From Bdellovibrionota bacterium FG-1 (lineage in GTDB: Bacteria > Bdellovibrionota > UBA1018): a stretch of DNA of 51,684 nt. The stretch is from the NCBI GenBank assembly GCA_051382295.1, contig JBBCAW010000112.1, positions 1-51,684 of the forward strand. Direction: 5' to 3'. A program made the position numbers and the translations under genes. Positions 47,069-51,684 of the stretch are shown in pieces (the stretch's first letter is position 1; each line of letters begins with the position of its first letter). Below the pieces are notes generated by a model. That model was not told the origin of the DNA and did no database searches. It saw only the letters and a list, made by a program, of their open reading frames with translations.

Positions 47069-47120
47069 TTCAGGGGCGAGCGCGAAAGCAATGCTGGTTC
47101 GAGTCCAGTCCCGGGCACCA
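47069..47120 (+). pseudogene. 3' half of the disrupted host tRNA-Leu(CAG), attR side
   Basis: TTCAGGG-GCGAG-CGCGAAAGCAAT-GCTGGTTCGAGTCCAGT-CCCGGGC-ACCA. Confidence 0.92.
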
Positions 47121-47199
47121 TTACAATGCGAGACGAGCAAGATGCGGAAAGTGGGCTTTTATTAAAAACCAAAGGTCATCCCACCCTACAAATAAGCCA

Positions 47200-47343
47200 C
47201 TTCCCCTCGAAATCGCAAACGAGATGTATAAGTTTGCCTTTCTGTCGAAGCAACACCAGTTTGCTAAGAAGTTTCCCCACCTCACCAAAGAAGAGCTTCA
47301 TCAAAAAACGATCGCCTACTTCGTCGCTCTTCCCAAGGGTTGA
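47200..47343 (+). pseudogene. 5'-truncated small antitoxin-like gene, copy 1
   Basis: Frame LPLEIANEMYKFAFLSKQHQFAKKFPHLTKEELHQKTIAYFVALPKG* ends 2 bp before the nucleotidyltransferase ATG. Confidence 0.5.
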
Positions 47344-47345
47344 GT

Positions 47346-47834
47346 ATGCAAGGCCTAATCGACGCACTTCGAGACACAACCAATCGACTTCATGATGCAG
47401 GAATGGAATACTATCTCGTTGTCCAGATCAAATCCCTCCAAATACCAATTTTTCAAAAACTATTCGATGTCGAGGAATACTATTGCCCTCCCAAGGAGGT
47501 CATCACCGACGAAGTGATCCGGGGTGGGATGTTCAATCCGATCCACCAGGCCTCGGGAGTGAAGATTGACATCGTTCCACTCAAGAAAACTGAATTTGCA
47601 GAGTCGGAGTTTTCCAGGCGCAAGAAAATTGAAATCCTTCCTGGGCTCGAGGTTTACGTTGCCTCGCCGGAGGACATTATTCTCAAGAAGCTCGACTACT
47701 ATCGTGAAGGTGGATCCGATAAACACCTCATCGATATTCGAGGGATGCTTGCAGAGACGGCAATTGATCAGGCGTATCTCTAGAGTTGGATCGCTCAGCT
47801 GGGCCTTTCCTCGGAGTGGGCGAAGGTCAGATAA
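47346..47834 (+). pseudogene. Nucleotidyltransferase (DUF6036/AbiEii-like) pseudogene
   Basis: GVKIDIVP and VASPEDIILKKLDYYREGGSDKHLIDI. The GS...DxD catalytic segment is missing after YYLV. Premature TAG at 47781 where copy 2 has CAG. Confidence 0.72.
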
Positions 47835-48022
47835 ATAATCATTCCATCTAGTTACAACTTCCAACCCTCCTCATCCAGGGGGGGTTGACACTAACAGGTA
47901 CTGCGTCGCTCACCACGTGGTTAGATTCGCGCAATGGAGACACAGTGTCCACTCTGCCACGCTATTCATTTTCTACAAATAATAGATAATAAAGGAAGAC
48001 CATGTCCATTTAGGAGGCGTTT

Positions 48023-51000
48023 ATGCAGCGTTCTTTGTTAATAGCGATTTCTCTCGCAGCGTTAATCTTAACCGGTTGCAAGGCATCCCCCACTGAGTCC
48101 CCCACCGCACTCACTGCGGTTGACGCGAGCCCCTCACCCAGCGTTTCCGCAAGCGCGACTCCCAAAGCAAGCCCAACCGCACTACCCGGCGCCAGTCCGT
48201 CGGCCTCGGCCTCTGCATCTGCGACACCTTCTGCGATACCTTCTGCAAGTCCTACAGCTACGGCTACGGCCACACCGTCAGCAACTCCCACCGCGACCCC
48301 TACTTATTCGCTCGCGCTAGCGGTCAAAGCAGGAAGTTCAAATAGTATTACTGCCAATGGATCATCAACGACCGTTCTTCAAGCACTGGTCTTGGACCAA
48401 GACTTAAATCCAGGATCGGGTCAGTCCGTCACCCTTAATATTCCGGCAAGTGGCGGAACTACGTCCTCACCTGCCACCAGCAACGGATCAGGAATCGCTG
48501 AGTTTACGATTACGAGTTCGACCGTGGCCGGTGCTTATTCCTACACCGCTACCGCAAACGCCGTGACCTCAAGTAGTACCGCACTCACTTTTACGTCGGT
48601 TGCTCCGACACTCACAGTATCACCCATGATTAGTTTAGTTGGCCTCACAGAAACTGAAACTCTCAGTACGTCAGGAGGAACCGGACCCTATAGTTATTCG
48701 ATCGTGAGTGGCCCCGGTGATGTCAACGCAGCGTCTGGACTCTTCACGGCCTCCTCAGGGAGCGTGGGTGCTTATGTAAAAATCAAAGCCCAAGACTCGT
48801 TGGGAGCTGTGGGCTACGGAACGGTTAAACTCGGCATCGCGGCAGCTTCCTATAACATGTGCGCGGGTACCACGGCGACTTCCGCTTCTGGAACGCTTTA
48901 CGACTCAGGTGGTGCAGGCGCGGACTATAACCCCAGTGAAAATTGCGGATTTTTGATCAGCTCACTTGGAGACATCACGGCCAGCTTCGATTCTTTTGGA
49001 ACAGAAAATAACTATGACTTTGTTAGAATTTACGACGGCTCTAACGCCTCTGGCAGACTCCTTGGGTCTTTTTCGGGTTCGATCACGCCCGGCAATCAAA
49101 CCGCAACGAGTGGTCAGATGTATGTGGCTTTTACCAGTGATGGAAGCGTTCAAGGCACGGGCTTTGTCATGCATTGGACAACCACTGGTCCCACCGAAAC
49201 TAGTCCAGTCGTGGCCAACTTTAGCGTCTCGCCTTGGATCGGGCTCAGTGGCGCGCTTTTTAACTTCACGGATTCGTCTTCCAATTCGCCACGCACTTGG
49301 AATTGGAGCACCTCTACCCTTGCAAAAACAGCCAACCCCAGCAGCGCCTTAACTGGAGCAGGCTTAACGCCCGTATCCCTCACGGTTTCGAACGCTCTCG
49401 GGACCGACATCAAGACCAACAACGTTTATTTAGGACCCCTCGCCACAGATACCTTTAAGATGTGTACGGACACCACCGCGACCACAAGGAGCGGGATCTT
49501 GGTGGACTCGGGGGATACTACGGCCAACTACAACCCAAGCGAAAATTGCTCCCTACTCATTCAACCCGCCGAAGCCACGAGTATCACTCTTTCTTTTTCA
49601 TCCTTCGCAACTGAACCCAATTATGACCGTTTGCAGGTCTATGATGGCACAAATTCAAGCGGTACGCTTTTAGGCACGTTCTCGGGATCAACCGCGCCGG
49701 CACCGGTTACTGGAACGAGCGGAAGTCTGTATATCACCTTTACCAGCGATGGCTCCGTTCAAGCTGCGGGTTTCAATGCGTCGTGGACCAGCAGTGGCCC
49801 AGTCATTACTCCTGTCGCTAATTTTTTTGCAAGTCAGACCTCTGTTGTTGTTGGAGAAACCATCACCTTCAGAGATATCTCCAACTACGGTCCGACCTCC
49901 TGGGCCTGGGATTTTGAAAATACAGGAGCCACGGATTCCACTCAGCAAAACCCCAGTCACGCTTTCGCCACTGCGGGAGCAAAAACCGTAAAACTCACCT
50001 CAACCAATGCCGTAGGCTCAAACTCTAAAACCAAGACCGCGTATATTACCGTATCCAATTTTAGTAAGATGTGTACGGATACCTCTTCCAACGCGACCTC
50101 AGGGATTCTTTTCGACTCTGGGGGCCCGAGCGGAAATTACTCAGATAATGAAAACTGCGGGTTTCTGATTCAACTCGGCGCTGGACACACGGTTCAACTC
50201 GGTTTGAGTGCTTTTAGCCTCGAAGAAGGTGCCGACTTCTTGAAAATCTACGATGGGGCAGATGCGACGGGCACCCCCCTCCATACTGGAGCCGGATTCA
50301 CAGGCGGTAACCTTCCATCATCAGTGATGGCTCAATCTGGCTCCATGTACCTGGTCATGACCTCCGACTCGTCGGTAACTAGACCAGGATTCAAAGCGAA
50401 TTGGAGCGAGGTGGGTGTCGGTACCATTGCTAATTTGAGCCTCTGGCTAAAGGCCGACTCCCTCTCCTTGAATGAGGGCGATCCTGTCGCAACTTGGACT
50501 GACAGTAGTGGAAATAATCATAGTGCAACCCAGGCTGATGCATCCAAGCAGCCTACCTACTCGGGCACGGCGATTAACAACCACCCTGCCGTCAATTTTG
50601 CTGGATCGCCCCGATCCATGCGCATTGATTCAAATCTTTCCATCGCCAGGCCCTTTACTGCCTTCATCGTTAATGTTTGGCACGGCGGAGCCACAGGAAG
50701 AACACTGTCGAGCGTTTCCACGAACTGGTTGCTCGGCTTTTGGCAAGGAAATGTTGCCTTTTTTAACGGAGGATTTGTCTACCAAACTGCTGCCACCCAA
50801 AATGTCACTTATCTCTCCGAGGCGATTAACACGAACGCCTATTCAAAATATTTTGTGCATGGCGTACTCGCCGCAACGTCAGGGGCAGGAGGGGATCCCG
50901 GCACCCTCGAATTAGGAAGTTCTGTCTATAGCGAATATAACAATGGGGATATCGCGGAGGTCGTCATCTATAGCTCCGAACTTTCAGATAGTGATCGGGC

Positions 51001-51043
51001 CACTGTCGAAACCTATCTTAACTTGAAATATTCGATTTGGTGA
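48023..51043 (+). CDS. Large surface lipoprotein: S/T/P/A linker, Ig-like domains, 3 CUB, 2 PKD and a C-terminal LamG/ConA-like domain
   Basis: Lipobox LTGC; three repeats of C...SG.L.DSG....Y...ENC...D....YDG...TSD.SV...GF...W (CUB); ANF....FTD.S...P.TW.W (PKD); LWLKADSL...WTDSSGN...GDIAEVVIY. Confidence 0.85.
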   Translation: MQRSLLIAISLAALILTGCKASPTESPTALTAVDASPSPSVSASATPKASPTALPGASPSASASASATPSAIPSASPTATATATPSATPTATPTYSLALAVKAGSSNSITANGSSTTVLQALVLDQDLNPGSGQSVTLNIPASGGTTSSPATSNGSGIAEFTITSSTVAGAYSYTATANAVTSSSTALTFTSVAPTLTVSPMISLVGLTETETLSTSGGTGPYSYSIVSGPGDVNAASGLFTASSGSVGAYVKIKAQDSLGAVGYGTVKLGIAAASYNMCAGTTATSASGTLYDSGGAGADYNPSENCGFLISSLGDITASFDSFGTENNYDFVRIYDGSNASGRLLGSFSGSITPGNQTATSGQMYVAFTSDGSVQGTGFVMHWTTTGPTETSPVVANFSVSPWIGLSGALFNFTDSSSNSPRTWNWSTSTLAKTANPSSALTGAGLTPVSLTVSNALGTDIKTNNVYLGPLATDTFKMCTDTTATTRSGILVDSGDTTANYNPSENCSLLIQPAEATSITLSFSSFATEPNYDRLQVYDGTNSSGTLLGTFSGSTAPAPVTGTSGSLYITFTSDGSVQAAGFNASWTSSGPVITPVANFFASQTSVVVGETITFRDISNYGPTSWAWDFENTGATDSTQQNPSHAFATAGAKTVKLTSTNAVGSNSKTKTAYITVSNFSKMCTDTSSNATSGILFDSGGPSGNYSDNENCGFLIQLGAGHTVQLGLSAFSLEEGADFLKIYDGADATGTPLHTGAGFTGGNLPSSVMAQSGSMYLVMTSDSSVTRPGFKANWSEVGVGTIANLSLWLKADSLSLNEGDPVATWTDSSGNNHSATQADASKQPTYSGTAINNHPAVNFAGSPRSMRIDSNLSIARPFTAFIVNVWHGGATGRTLSSVSTNWLLGFWQGNVAFFNGGFVYQTAATQNVTYLSEAINTNAYSKYFVHGVLAATSGAGGDPGTLELGSSVYSEYNNGDIAEVVIYSSELSDSDRATVETYLNLKYSIW

Positions 51044-51224
51044 TTCAGCTGCTTTTTTGCCAATAATAGTTCGATTTTTCAACAAAATGGACACCCTATC
51101 ATTCACTCATGGGCTTTTCACGCGCTTGCGCCCGCCTTGGAACCCTGTTAATTGAAATGATGAGCCTGGTAGACACGCATGGTTCAGGGCGGTGTGCCGA
51201 AAGCCTCCGGCAGGACTCAATGTC

Positions 51225-51503
51225 CTTCCCCTCGAAATCGCAAACGAGATGTATAAGTTTGCCTTTCTGTCGAAGCAACACCAGTTTGCTAAGAAGTTTC
51301 CCCACCTCACCAAAGAAGAGCTTCATCAAAAAACGGTCGCCTACTTCGTCGCCCTTCCCAAGGATTGAGTATGCAAGGCCTAATCGACCCAGGATATCTC
51401 CAGAGTTGGGTCACGAAGCTGGGCCTTACCGCAGAGTGGGCGAAGGTACTATAAGCAATCATTCCAACTCGTTACGGCTCTCAACATCACCCCACCCAGG
51501 GGG
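51225..51503 (+). repeat. Second, internally deleted copy of the antitoxin/nucleotidyltransferase locus (direct repeat of 47200-47883)
   Basis: 51225-51388 is near-identical to 47200-47363 (164 bp); 51390-51503 is a more diverged match to 47769-47883; about 400 bp in between is absent. Confidence 0.85.
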
Positions 51504-51571
51504 CGCGATGTTTCTCCCTATTCCCAAAAAGACACCTTAAGTTTTCACCCACGTTTTCCTGGAGGCATGGA

Positions 51572-51684
51572 GGGCGCCTTTTCCTTGCGATTTACGGGGT
51601 AACGAAATTATCGTTCCCCAAATTGCTATATTTAACGAAAGGAAAAAGCGCCCATGGGTAAACTATTTTGCGGAATCGATTTTC
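51572..51684 (+). mobile_element. Probable IS110-family left end: structured non-coding region plus transposase start (runs off the window)
   Basis: ATG 51654 gives MGKLFCGIDF followed by a codon starting with C, fitting the RuvC-like GID motif. A long upstream stem-loop covers the ribosome-binding region. Only 10 codons are visible. Confidence 0.5.

Larger units (their letters stand above)
37580..47075. mobile_element. Integrase-less island inserted in the anticodon loop of tRNA-Leu(CAG)
   Basis: 7-bp direct repeat TTCAGGG at 37580-37586 and 47069-47075. Removing the interval restores an 84-nt cloverleaf tRNA ending in CCA. Confidence 0.88.

Noticed and set aside
47126..47395. Track ORFs 47126-47395 and 51109-51540 and their antisense ORFs
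   Set aside because: They appear to be wrong-frame readings of the repeated antitoxin-like remnant.
51654..51684. Hsp70/YegD-like start (GIDFGT)
   Set aside because: The codon after GIDF starts with C and so cannot be Gly. IS110 is preferred but unproven.
1..51684. CRISPR array, cas genes, rRNA or phage structural genes
   Set aside because: No regularly spaced repeats or matching motifs were seen.

Overview
Bacterial genomic window. Gene content suggests a Bdellovibrionota/Oligoflexia-like host, which is an inference and not a database result. Bases 1-37.5 kb are mostly chromosomal genes: Prc-type protease, Omp85-like protein, transglutaminase-elicitor-like protein, ZIP transporter, USP, two cNMP-binding paralogs, APC permease, mpaA-dapD, PilZ/response-regulator genes, porin, MCP, a YhaV-like toxin-antitoxin pair, formate dehydrogenase alpha, UbiB kinase and rnr. 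The main finding is a host tRNA-Leu(CAG) gene split at its anticodon loop. The 5' half is at 37548-37586 and the 3' half at 47069-47120, with the 7-bp loop TTCAGGG duplicated around a ~9.5-kb island. The island does not rebuild the host tRNA. It carries a complete tRNA-Leu(CAG) of different sequence (37607-37691) and has no integrase. Inside it, two inverted 415-bp mini-elements with terminal inverted repeats (TIRs) bracket an 8.3-kb cargo (maeB, patatin, a MerB homolog lacking its catalytic cysteines, a Fur-family regulator and others), and the genes at both cargo ends are cut at the mini-element ends. Downstream, two decayed direct-repeat copies of an antitoxin/nucleotidyltransferase locus flank a 1006-aa CUB/PKD lipoprotein, and the window ends in a probable IS110 left end. 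Other signals are a C13 tract forming a promoter spacer and a 167-bp element bounded by inverted repeats. No CRISPR array or rRNA was seen. All family calls come from motif recognition by eye.
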